Shown here piece after piece: positions 37,037 through 46,500 of a stretch of 64,000 bases of DNA. The translations under genes were made by a program, and so were the position numbers. The stretch is from the NCBI GenBank assembly GCA_000002435.2, contig CM018791.1. The stretch is one strand, 5' to 3'. The stretch comes from Giardia intestinalis. Lineage: Eukaryota. The first letter of the stretch is position 1. Each line of letters begins with the position of its first letter. The notes below the pieces were generated by a model that did not search any database, was not told where the DNA came from, and saw nothing but the letters and a program-made list of their open reading frames with translations.

Positions 37037-39529
37037 CTATACAGTGTCTATATTCTCGAGCTTAATCAGCAACTGCTTGTGAATCATGTGGCTTCTTTTC
37101 AAAGCGCGGAGATACTCTAGTTGATCAGCTTTAGCTGTGACACCCTTCTCTGCCAGTACAGTACAGAGCTTGGCAAACAGGTCCCTGGTGCGCTGCTTGA
37201 CTGCAGTGGCTATGTAGCCATCCGTATCTGAGTAAGCGGCGCTCACACTCATTAGAGTGCACAAGATATGACACTCAGATAGCTGTCTGATAATCTGATC
37301 TATTTCAGAAGAAAGGGTGAGTTGCGCAGACATCCTGCTGTACTCGAAGAATGCGTTAAGTGTCTGCTTTAGCAAGTGGATTATTCTATTGATGTATTCG
37401 TGCAAAATGGGGTCCGATGTCTCTAGGCCAACACCTAGTTGGAGAGACAGGATAGTCTCAAAGAGACAACCCATAGCGTAGGCCTCTGGCTGTGCAATCA
37501 TGTCGATAAAAGATTGTGCATGATTTGTTTTCTTTCTAATACCATGACGGGAGTGGATTTGGTTGTACTTAAGCTTTAAGAGAACCTGGAAATCACCGTA
37601 AATAGCCTCCAGCTGGGCTTCAATCAACTCCAGAATGTAGGCTTTGATGGAGAGCATGCCCTCTCTGACAGCCACTCCGTGGCTAAGAAAGCGTTGCTCT
37701 AGGGCTTCTATAGCGTTGCTCAATAGAACCAGTGTTGGTATGTGCTGTTGTAGTAGAGGACACATTTCTATAGCGGAACGTATAAAGACCTCTATTGGGG
37801 TGAGTGTATGTAAAAGAATGGCGTGCTCAAACTCCTGGATAAATGCCTTTTCTGCCCCCGTGGATAGACTATCAAAAAGGGCGCTTTTCAGCTCTTTCCA
37901 TTGCTGAAACACAGTGAGAAGTAGCTGCAGAAATACAAACTCTAGGGGGACTTGCCGATGGACACGTTTCTTGGATCCTGATGAGGCAAATAGAGCCATG
38001 TCGCTAGATTGGGTGCCATCTATGTTTGTAGTCTTTATGAGCTTGGATAGATTGATGGTATTCCAGTGTCTGAGCTTCTCCACAATCAGACTCCTGTCTA
38101 TAAAGAATCTGTATCCGTAAAATACAGGTCCAAGCAACGCTGGAGCCAGGTTGAACTTGGCTAGCTTTCTATCCATGGCATACAGATACTCCCCAAACCT
38201 GTCATAATATCTCGTTGCCGCCATGGTAAGTAATACTTTATCACAGTCTGGATTGAAATTGAGGGTGCGTGCCTTCCATGTCCAGCACTCTTCCGATTGA
38301 ATTTCTAATCGTTTCATGATCAAGTAAGTTAGGTGCGAGGACTCTGAGTATGGTCGCTGCTCCCCATCCATGCACAGATTGCAGAAGGGCTCAAACACAG
38401 AGAATAGGGTGATAGGTGGGAGCTTCCATTGCTGCTCTCTCGGTGCACTGGACAGTATGCTCTGAAATCCTGACTTCAGTATGGACAAGTAGCCCTGCTT
38501 CTTTGCCTTCCGTTCCAGTGCGTGCAATAGTTCTGCAAGGCTCAAGGATAGATCGGAGGGCTGTGGTGTGAGGGTTAATTGAAGTCTAGTGGAGTAAATC
38601 TGATTTTCGTTACATTCTAAATCATTAGTAGTGAAGCTGGAATCTGGGTAAAGTTGGCGGGCCACTGAGTTCGCTCTACTTCTTTCCAACGATTGAGGCG
38701 AGCTAGCACGAGACTTCACAGCAGGTGTTTGCACGGTTGACTGCGCTCGACTAACCCGTGCGCTTTCTGTCAGAGTTTGAGAACATCGTGCAGACCTGGC
38801 TGCTCGTCTACTCATCGCTCGCCGAGCCTGTGATGAAGCCCTGTGTTTGGTAATACAGGTCTGACAGAACCGCTCTTCGAGCTCTTTAAACGAATAGAAT
38901 TCAATCCCAGTAAAATCACAATGGATTGATGGATTGTTTGAGATTGCTCCCATCTGATGCACGCTCTCCTCAGCGCTGCCTAGCAGAAAGGCAGAAATAA
39001 CCATCCCCAAAATCCACCGAAATGTCGAGCAGGTTTGGAATAGTATCAAGAACCATCTGCTCTGGACGCTGTGGCTTCTGATCCGATGCAAATACTCGGA
39101 TAAAGACTGCTGAGATTTAAACAGCGAGGTATGGCGCTCTAGAGAAGAACCATGCCGAGCTCTGTGATTGGTCTGAAAAATCCCCAGAGGAATCTGACAT
39201 GATTCCACAAAGGAGTGTAGAAAGTCGACAGCAACGGGCCAGAGGAACGACGTGTCATCCAAAATCTCGTCTATTTCCTTAGACAAAGTCGAGAAAAGTA
39301 TGTTTGCAAGCACGGGAGGCATGTACTCATTGTCTGCTTTCAAAGGAACAGTCAGATCGCACTTTTCGTTGAGTAGAAGATACGCATAGAATGACCTAGG
39401 TGATTGCGTCTGTGCATCGACAACAGTGTCGAGCAGTGAAAAGGAATCCAGGCTGTCTTTAATGGTAGGTTCGACTAGATTCAAGAGCTCTTCTGCTGCC
39501 TGACGAACAGACGTCAGCATTTTTTCCAT
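37037..39529 (-). CDS. hypothetical alpha-helical protein (about 830 aa)
   Basis: The track ORF 37037-39562 starts at TTG. The first ATG is at about 39529 (MEKMLTSV...). Long stop-free frame with helical composition. Its stop codon directly abuts the stop of the convergent DPP III gene. Confidence 0.55.
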   Translation of the reverse strand: MEKMLTSVRQAAEELLNLVEPTIKDSLDSFSLLDTVVDAQTQSPRSFYAYLLLNEKCDLTVPLKADNEYMPPVLANILFSTLSKEIDEILDDTSFLWPVAVDFLHSFVESCQIPLGIFQTNHRARHGSSLERHTSLFKSQQSLSEYLHRIRSHSVQSRWFLILFQTCSTFRWILGMVISAFLLGSAEESVHQMGAISNNPSIHCDFTGIEFYSFKELEERFCQTCITKHRASSQARRAMSRRAARSARCSQTLTESARVSRAQSTVQTPAVKSRASSPQSLERSRANSVARQLYPDSSFTTNDLECNENQIYSTRLQLTLTPQPSDLSLSLAELLHALERKAKKQGYLSILKSGFQSILSSAPREQQWKLPPITLFSVFEPFCNLCMDGEQRPYSESSHLTYLIMKRLEIQSEECWTWKARTLNFNPDCDKVLLTMAATRYYDRFGEYLYAMDRKLAKFNLAPALLGPVFYGYRFFIDRSLIVEKLRHWNTINLSKLIKTTNIDGTQSSDMALFASSGSKKRVHRQVPLEFVFLQLLLTVFQQWKELKSALFDSLSTGAEKAFIQEFEHAILLHTLTPIEVFIRSAIEMCPLLQQHIPTLVLLSNAIEALEQRFLSHGVAVREGMLSIKAYILELIEAQLEAIYGDFQVLLKLKYNQIHSRHGIRKKTNHAQSFIDMIAQPEAYAMGCLFETILSLQLGVGLETSDPILHEYINRIIHLLKQTLNAFFEYSRMSAQLTLSSEIDQIIRQLSECHILCTLMSVSAAYSDTDGYIATAVKQRTRDLFAKLCTVLAEKGVTAKADQLEYLRALKRSHMIHKQLLIKLENIDTV

Positions 39530-39569
39530 GCCCTCGTAACCAAGGGGTCCAATGGGTAGCAAAGGTCGA

Positions 39570-39576
39570 GTTTACT
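39570..39576 (-). promoter_or_regulatory. putative polyadenylation signal AGTAAAC on the minus strand, 3 nt after the TGA stop of the thioredoxin-like gene
   Basis: The minus strand reads TGATAAGTAAACTCG. This matches AGTRAAY. Confidence 0.5.
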
Positions 39577-39578
39577 TA

Positions 39579-40214
39579 TCACAACTTTCTAGAAGCCCCT
39601 GTAAATGTAGAGTCTCCTCCGTGCGATGCTCCCGCTTTGTACGAATCATTGAGAAGCTTTAAGATACTGTCGCATTGACTAGGATGGCCAGAATATTTCA
39701 AAGCTCCCGATCCATCATAAATAAATGCATGAGGGATGCCGTTAATGTTCTCCCGGGATGCTAGTGCCTTGACGTCGCCCGACGAATCTACTGCAAGGTT
39801 GTAGTCCTTTGTAGCTGGAATCTTCGAGGCGAAACTTCTAACTGTCGCCTCGTCTTCATCAGAAACGCTGAGAATGTATACATTCTTATACTTCTTAGCC
39901 ATTTTGGAGAGATGAGGAATCATCGCGCGGCAAGGGGGGCACCACGTGGCAAACTTTTCGATCATAATGGGTTGGCCATATTGGTACTCAGATACTTTGT
40001 TGATGTACGTCAATTTTTGCAGGTTGACAGGAAGCCGAGCAGAGGCCATCGGATCAAAGGTTCCTATTTTTTTCTTGGACGGACTCGACTGTGCTCCTGT
40101 AGCCCCATCATGATTGCTTCCCAAAGCTGGCTTCTTGCCCATCACAAAAGCATAGATCACCGCGTAGATCCTGAGGACAAAGGCCTTGATGGCATCGACG
40201 AGCCAATGCCCCAT
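39579..40214 (-). CDS. tryparedoxin/nucleoredoxin-like thioredoxin-fold protein with WCPPCR active site and an N-terminal membrane anchor (211 aa)
   Basis: ATG at 40214. Hydrophobic N-terminus LVDAIKAFVLRIYAVIYAFVM. Redox motif KFATWCPPCRAMIPHL (tryparedoxin, nucleoredoxin and TlpA-like proteins use WC(P/x)PC(R/K)..P). The C-terminal GIPHAFIYDGSG resembles the TlpA-family GVP..F(L/I)ID..G. Confidence 0.7.
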   Translation of the reverse strand: MGHWLVDAIKAFVLRIYAVIYAFVMGKKPALGSNHDGATGAQSSPSKKKIGTFDPMASARLPVNLQKLTYINKVSEYQYGQPIMIEKFATWCPPCRAMIPHLSKMAKKYKNVYILSVSDEDEATVRSFASKIPATKDYNLAVDSSGDVKALASRENINGIPHAFIYDGSGALKYSGHPSQCDSILKLLNDSYKAGASHGGDSTFTGASRKL

Positions 40215-40304
40215 CTCAAGCTTTTATTGATTTTTTGAAAGGAATGGCAAGCGGATAAAGCAGGGCCTTTGGTGCATGTACTTTTGGGATGCCCAATAAG
40301 GTTC

Positions 40305-41015
40305 TCAGCGGTACATATTGGAGAGACTAGCAAATTGTATTTCCATCAGCTCCTCCTCTGCTACTTCCGTCTCCAGTGCCACAAGCAACGCACTCTTTCT
40401 TTCACTAACAGATGTGACTATGTTTTTGCGCACGTGCTGAAGAAGGTTGGCTTCGAAGTCCGTTCGTGGGCCTCGCGTGGCCATTTCTAACTGCTCTTTC
40501 AATGACTCCAGCATTCTAACTACTGTTTCATGTGTCTCCTTGGCAATTATATACCTCAAGCGAAATGCATCGCAGAGAGCAAAAAGGTCCTTAGCCACCA
40601 TACACCTCTGTACCCCATCCTCAAGAGACAGGCCTCTTGCAGTGATAAAGGTATCCCCTGACTGCTTCTCCTGCTCCTTGCGATGCATTATTGACAAGGA
40701 GGAAGAGGCGTTCTCTACGTTATTTGTTGGCTCAGGTTCGACTGCCTTGACGTGCGTGGAGAGGGACTGCGAAAGCGCATTCAACACACCCACACTCAGC
40801 CGAGTTGCCTGAGATGGGACTATTGCGCAGATCTTTGTACACGGAGTAAGGGAGTATGGAGTAAGGGGTCCGTTGCGAGATATCCGCTTGAGACGGTATA
40901 TCGTGCAGGCCGAAGACGGAATACCGGTCTCCCTTTCTGTCCTCTTCTTAAGCTCAGCCACTGTCAACGGCCTGTTGGCCTCGATGGAGCTTATTCCAAG
41001 GAACGTCTCAATCAT
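40305..41015 (-). CDS. hypothetical protein (236 aa), possible N-terminal helix-turn-helix
   Basis: ATG at 41015. Its ATG overlaps the upstream lipase gene's stop (the minus strand reads ATGATTGA). The N-terminal RPLTVAELKKRTERETGIPSSACTIYRLKR resembles psq/CENP-B-type HTH motifs. This is a weak call. Confidence 0.45.
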   Translation of the reverse strand: MIETFLGISSIEANRPLTVAELKKRTERETGIPSSACTIYRLKRISRNGPLTPYSLTPCTKICAIVPSQATRLSVGVLNALSQSLSTHVKAVEPEPTNNVENASSSLSIMHRKEQEKQSGDTFITARGLSLEDGVQRCMVAKDLFALCDAFRLRYIIAKETHETVVRMLESLKEQLEMATRGPRTDFEANLLQHVRKNIVTSVSERKSALLVALETEVAEEELMEIQFASLSNMYR

Positions 41016-43170
41016 TTATTTGGATCGTCGATAGGTTAGAATGGTCAGACGTGGGAAACAGGCCATAATATACCAATAGTAGGTATTCGAAGTACATAAG
41101 GTGCTGAGCCCACATATCCTTTGTGATGATCAGCTCTTCAATAGACGCAGAGTTTCCTTCATAAAGCTGTGCAAAGCGTTGCCCTCTTAGATCGAATACC
41201 CCCTTGCCTGCACATAAGTTATTAATATCAGCAAGCGATCGCGGGCACGGGGGCGAAGCTTGTGCATGCAGAAGCTCGAGAATCAAGAGAGATCCCGGGG
41301 TATGGAGGGTGAGGGTCTTCTCAAACGACGGTCTGGATAGCTTGTTAATATACAGCTGCAGAAGATCCTCGTCAGACAACTCATGCAAGAGCGATTGAGA
41401 GGATGCACTTACGCCTCCACTGTATTCTGGCAGTCTCGCGGAGTCATTAGTATACTCTAACATAGTCATTAGTCTATCAACCAATCCTCTTTTTTGTATT
41501 TCATCACGCAAGGATGCACGCCACAGTGTGGTCTGGATGGCGCTCAAAGATAAGCGGCAAACCACATCGCACTCAAGAGCGACTTGATATGAATACATCC
41601 CCAGCTCCCTAGACAGCGGCAAAGACACTGTTGGTGGGGCTCCAAAGCCATAAACCCGTACCCTATCCCCGAGTAGTGGCCGGAAGAAGTAGCCCAATAA
41701 GGCGGCTACTCCGGCGCCCAAGCTGTGGCCGGTAAAAATAAAGGTATATGGCCAGTCTGCTGTATCGTTCAAGATGCTCTCATTTCGGAAGTAAGTAGTG
41801 AAGCTGTGCCGGTCCTTTACGATTGAAAACAGCTGTTCAATATATGGTTTGATTGTATAGAAGAGGCTGCTGCTTGCTAGGTAGATTCCCTGATGTGCAT
41901 ACATCCCATTCTCCATGCTCTTGTCGGTATAATCTACTATGTGATCCTTGAATAGCTTGTTACGGAGCCTTTTGGGTATTTTTCGATTGCAGGTGGATAC
42001 AGACGTGGTTTTGTTCGTCGAGATTGCAGATTGACTACTAATTGATGGATACAAACAACTGCATATCAGGTCATCATAGGCGGGTGGTGGTCGCGTCACT
42101 CGAGTATATCCTACTGTAAGATCGACCTTTATGTCACCAAGAGACATTGTCCCCCGGACCGCAACAACCACTTCGCGCCTGTATGGATCTACATATAGGC
42201 AATGATGAGTTTCGAAGGCCTGGTTTGTCACGTAAAACAAAAGTATCTGGTCAGCTGTTACTCCCATTTCTGTTATAAAAGCATATAGATCGTTGTCGCA
42301 CTCCGCCAAGTACTCACTGACTTGGTGATGTGTTGCTGTATTTATGTAATCCATACTGAAGGCTCTATGAAGCCTTTCGGTACTCAGAGGCCAATCCTGG
42401 GGGCAGCCGTGGATGTATTCTGACTGAGTACTGGATTGACAGTGGGTCTTCTCGCGTGCATTGCTACTGCCATGCCAATCATAACGTATACCACATGCAC
42501 GCCCACTGTTGCCTATAAACTCATGATCCTGGATATTGGGGTCTTCTACTGCATGAATTATCTGCTCACTGTCGGCTTGGGCATGCTCTGTATGCTTCTT
42601 GTTGTTTGTAGCCGTCAGTCGTTTCCTTTCTATATCTAATATTCGTTGGTGATCATCTATATTGAGCTCCATTGTAAGTCTTCGAGTGCAGCTTGGAGTA
42701 GCTGGAAGAAAATCCTCCAGGCTTTCTTCCTTCAGCTCACTTTCCGCCCAGTAGTCTACAGACGGATATATGGTTCTGCCACACTTACTTGTCATCCTCT
42801 CTATTGTTGGTGCGGCGCAAACTGCAGATTGTAGGAGACGCCAACCAATCAATCTCAGTCTAGTGCGAGTATTATATGCTGGTATGTAATTCCTACGGTA
42901 CCCTAGATTATACTTTGTACCTACGCACCCGTACATGGCGAACGACACTCTACAGAAATGCAGGAGGGTCGATAGAAAGTAAATATCATCGATGCGTGAA
43001 TGTGGAGAGTTGCTCAAAGGCTTACCTCTTAATTGCTCCATATCTCTGGCCAGCTTACTTAAAGCCAGACACGTGCTCAGGTGTATCTCCAGATTTCCGT
43101 GAACCGCGTTATTAATGAATGAGGCTAGCATATGATAAACGTCGGTGAAGGATATTCCAAGATGGAGCAT
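41008..43170 (-). CDS. class 3 (fungal-type) lipase / alpha-beta hydrolase domain protein with long N-terminal extension (720 aa)
   Basis: ATG at 43170. Lipase_3 signatures VVVAVRGTMSLGD and the nucleophile elbow FTGHSLGAGVAALLG (GHSLG). Confidence 0.65.
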   Translation of the reverse strand: MLHLGISFTDVYHMLASFINNAVHGNLEIHLSTCLALSKLARDMEQLRGKPLSNSPHSRIDDIYFLSTLLHFCRVSFAMYGCVGTKYNLGYRRNYIPAYNTRTRLRLIGWRLLQSAVCAAPTIERMTSKCGRTIYPSVDYWAESELKEESLEDFLPATPSCTRRLTMELNIDDHQRILDIERKRLTATNNKKHTEHAQADSEQIIHAVEDPNIQDHEFIGNSGRACGIRYDWHGSSNAREKTHCQSSTQSEYIHGCPQDWPLSTERLHRAFSMDYINTATHHQVSEYLAECDNDLYAFITEMGVTADQILLFYVTNQAFETHHCLYVDPYRREVVVAVRGTMSLGDIKVDLTVGYTRVTRPPPAYDDLICSCLYPSISSQSAISTNKTTSVSTCNRKIPKRLRNKLFKDHIVDYTDKSMENGMYAHQGIYLASSSLFYTIKPYIEQLFSIVKDRHSFTTYFRNESILNDTADWPYTFIFTGHSLGAGVAALLGYFFRPLLGDRVRVYGFGAPPTVSLPLSRELGMYSYQVALECDVVCRLSLSAIQTTLWRASLRDEIQKRGLVDRLMTMLEYTNDSARLPEYSGGVSASSQSLLHELSDEDLLQLYINKLSRPSFEKTLTLHTPGSLLILELLHAQASPPCPRSLADINNLCAGKGVFDLRGQRFAQLYEGNSASIEELIITKDMWAQHLMYFEYLLLVYYGLFPTSDHSNLSTIQIND

Positions 43171-43518
43171 TGTCCACTGATCTACAGTTCGTCAACTTAG
43201 TTTGCTCAAAGATTTATAAAAACTGTCTTCTCTCTTCGCGCTGTTGAGGTGGTGAGCTGAAGTTAACGGGGTGATACGGATTTATCTTAGGAAGTGTATG
43301 CTTCATAGCGAAGCATTGGCTCCCCAGTTGGGTTTGGTTTAATAGGATTTACGATAGACTCATGAAAGGCCTTGAGACATGTACTCTCGAGAAAGCTAAA
43401 ATATTTTGTAGGAGGTAAACAGGTAGGATAAGATGCACTTTCTGAGACAGTTTACACGGTCTGTATGGCTTGTAAGAACAAGAAAAACGTGGAATTCGTC
43501 TAAGAATAAACAACAGCT

Positions 43519-46500
43519 ATGATTTCGCTTTCCCTTAGGCTTGGGTTGATCGTAGCTGCTTGTGTCACTCCTGCGACGAGAAGCCCACAGTCTGGAGATT
43601 GTTTAATAGGCAAGTGTACAGTCTTAGACGGGCAATATTGCGCCGAGTGTGCAATCCCCGGAGAGGTGCCCATCAACGGGGTATGCATCCCCCTCACTGA
43701 TCCCAGGGCAGTGGCATCTGGCTGCGGAGGCAGTGCAGAGGCTCCGCTGAGTACATCCGCCAGGAGGTGCGAATTTTGCCGCGGCGGAAGCTACTTTCTC
43801 CACGAGGGAGGGTGCTATAACGTGCTCTATAGCCCCGGAAACCGCATATGCAGAACTGCTACATCAGGATACTGCACGTTGTGTGTAGATGGATTCTTTC
43901 TAGACACAACATCCAGCATTCACCAGTGCAAGCCTTGCCACTCCACATGTGCCACGTGCACAAGCGGCACTGCTCAGTCCTGCCTCAGTTGCCGGTCAGA
44001 TCGGTTTCTCAAGACCAACGAATGTAAGGAGTGCTCTGCTGCAGATGGTGGAGTAACAGCTTGTGCACAGTGCTCTCAAAACTCCGACGAGATCACTTGC
44101 ACTCTGTGTAAAGAAAAGTACTTCGTTAAAGAGGGTAAGTGCACCGCTTGTGCTGCCAACTGTGCCACATGCACAGGCGAAAGACCAGAGGATTGTAGTG
44201 TATGCGTGAGCAAGTACTCGTACGACCTTACTGCCAAAAGCTGTACGCAGACATGTGATGAGCACGATAGCCAGGCAACCAAATGCAAAACAAGCATGTG
44301 CACCGCGCTGAATAACAGATACTGCTCTCAGTGCGCTAGCAGTAGCGACCTTCTTATTGATGGGAAATGCGTCTCTGCAGATGACAAGAAGATCTGCACC
44401 CCATTCGATCCCCCCAACGGCACCTGTAGTACCTGTGCCAAGGGGCATTTGCTCTTTCAGGGAGGCTGCTATAGCGTAGCAGAACCTCTGGGGCAGGAGG
44501 TGTGTGCAGAGACCTCCGAGGTCCAGGAGCGTACGGTCTGTGTCCGATGTGCGCAGTCGGGCTTCGTGCCTGTCTCAGGGGTCTGTTTGAGGTACGACGC
44601 GCAAGAGGTGGCAGCAGTGGGCTGTGTGACGTCCCGGGGCTCTGCGGTCACACCCACAGACACGACATGTGCAAGTTGTGGAGCGAAAGCTTTCCTCTAC
44701 AAAGGTGGCTGCTACTCAAACGAGACGTCGCCCGGGAACGTCATATGCGACGAGCTGGACGGCACAGGTGGCTGCAAAGTGTGCAGTAACAAGTACTACC
44801 GCAGTGGCAGCACGTGCGCACCATGCCACCAGTCCTGTGAAACGTGCAGTAGCGGTGCTGCCGACAGCTGCCTGTCCTGCAAAAAGGATGTCTACTTTGA
44901 GGTTTTCAGCGGGGGGCGCGGCTATTGCAAGCCCTGCAACGATCCGGTGGCCACCATCACGATCGTAGGGGTCGCAAATTGCGAAAGGTGCAGCCCCAAG
45001 CCCAGCGGGACCATGCCTATCTGCACAAAGTGCACCACCGGGCATGTCCTCAAGGGCAACAGCTGTGTGCAGGTTTGTCATGAAGGGGCTGAGGGGGCGG
45101 GACAGTGCAAAACGGGACACTGCAATACCATTTCCAACACTTATTGTTCAGAGTGCGCCACATCTACAGAATGTCCTGTTGACGGCATATGCACAGCAAC
45201 CCTAGATGGGCACAGTGCACAAGACGGCGCCTGCACATCCTGCGCATCGGGGTACTTTCTATACAACGGGGGATGCTACCGAAAGGGTGTCATGCCTGGC
45301 ATGCTTATCTGCAAAGATGAAGACGACAGCACCAGCACCTGTTCCAAGTGCGAAGATGGATACATGTCATCGGGCAACGGATGCAAGGTCTGCGAGGTTA
45401 GCAACTGCCGGGCCTGCTCCGGAGATGCCGCCTCCTGCACCAGCTGCAACTCGGGATACTTCCTCAAGGACAACATAAAGGGGTCGAAGGTCTGCGAAAA
45501 GGTCTGCGAGGAGGGCATCGGCCCAGGGAAGTGTATCTACGGAGGATGCACGGTTCGAGACAACACCTTTTGCAGCAGATGCAGCGAGGCAGACGAAGTC
45601 CCCATAGATGGAGTTTGCTCGTTGCCAGAAAAACGGGCCCGCATATGTCTGAGTGCCTCTTCGGGAGCATGCCTTCGCTGCGCCGCAACCCACCTGCTGT
45701 ACTACGGCGGGTGCTATAAGATTACCCAGCCAGTGATCGAGATCTGCAAACAAGATAGTCAGATAGTAGAAAAGGACACTGCCTATTGCAAAGCATGTAG
45801 TGATGCGGGCGAGTACCCTGTCGATGGGTCATGCACAGCAGAGCTTGACGGAAATACGTGCACAAGCAGTAAGTGCACTGCATGCGGGTCCGGCTACTTT
45901 ATGCACAGGGGAATATGCATGCGGCAGGAATCACACTCAGATATCTGTGCCAGGGTCGGGGCTGGGGTCTGTGAGGAGTGTGGCAAATCGTACTTCAAGA
46001 ACCCGGTGGCTAGCACGGCGATAGACTCATGCATTGCGTGCAGCGATACAGCTGGAAGCAACGGATATACTGGAATAGATCACTGCGATACATGCCTGCC
46101 TCCTAAAGCAGCAGGACCGGCTACCTGTACAGACTGCGCAGATAGGTACATCTTGAACGAGCAGAATCGATGCGAAGAATCCTGTCCAGAAGTAGAGGAG
46201 AGCAGCAAGGCGACAGGAAAGTGTTTGAAGGGCTACTGCAACGTGCTCAACGGGAAGTATTGTTCCAGGTGTTCGCTAGAGTCAGATTATCTCGTGGATG
46301 GAAGGTGTACCTCCACCAATAGTAATGTTTGCACACCGCACACACAACAAAATGGTATGTGTGCGTCGTGTGCGATGACCCACATCCTTTACATGGGCGG
46401 GTGCTACAATCCAGCTGCGCCTCCCGGGAGTAAAGCGTGCGCTAGGCATAACCTGATAGGCAACACGCTATACTGCTTCCAGTGCGGAGTCGTGACAGAC

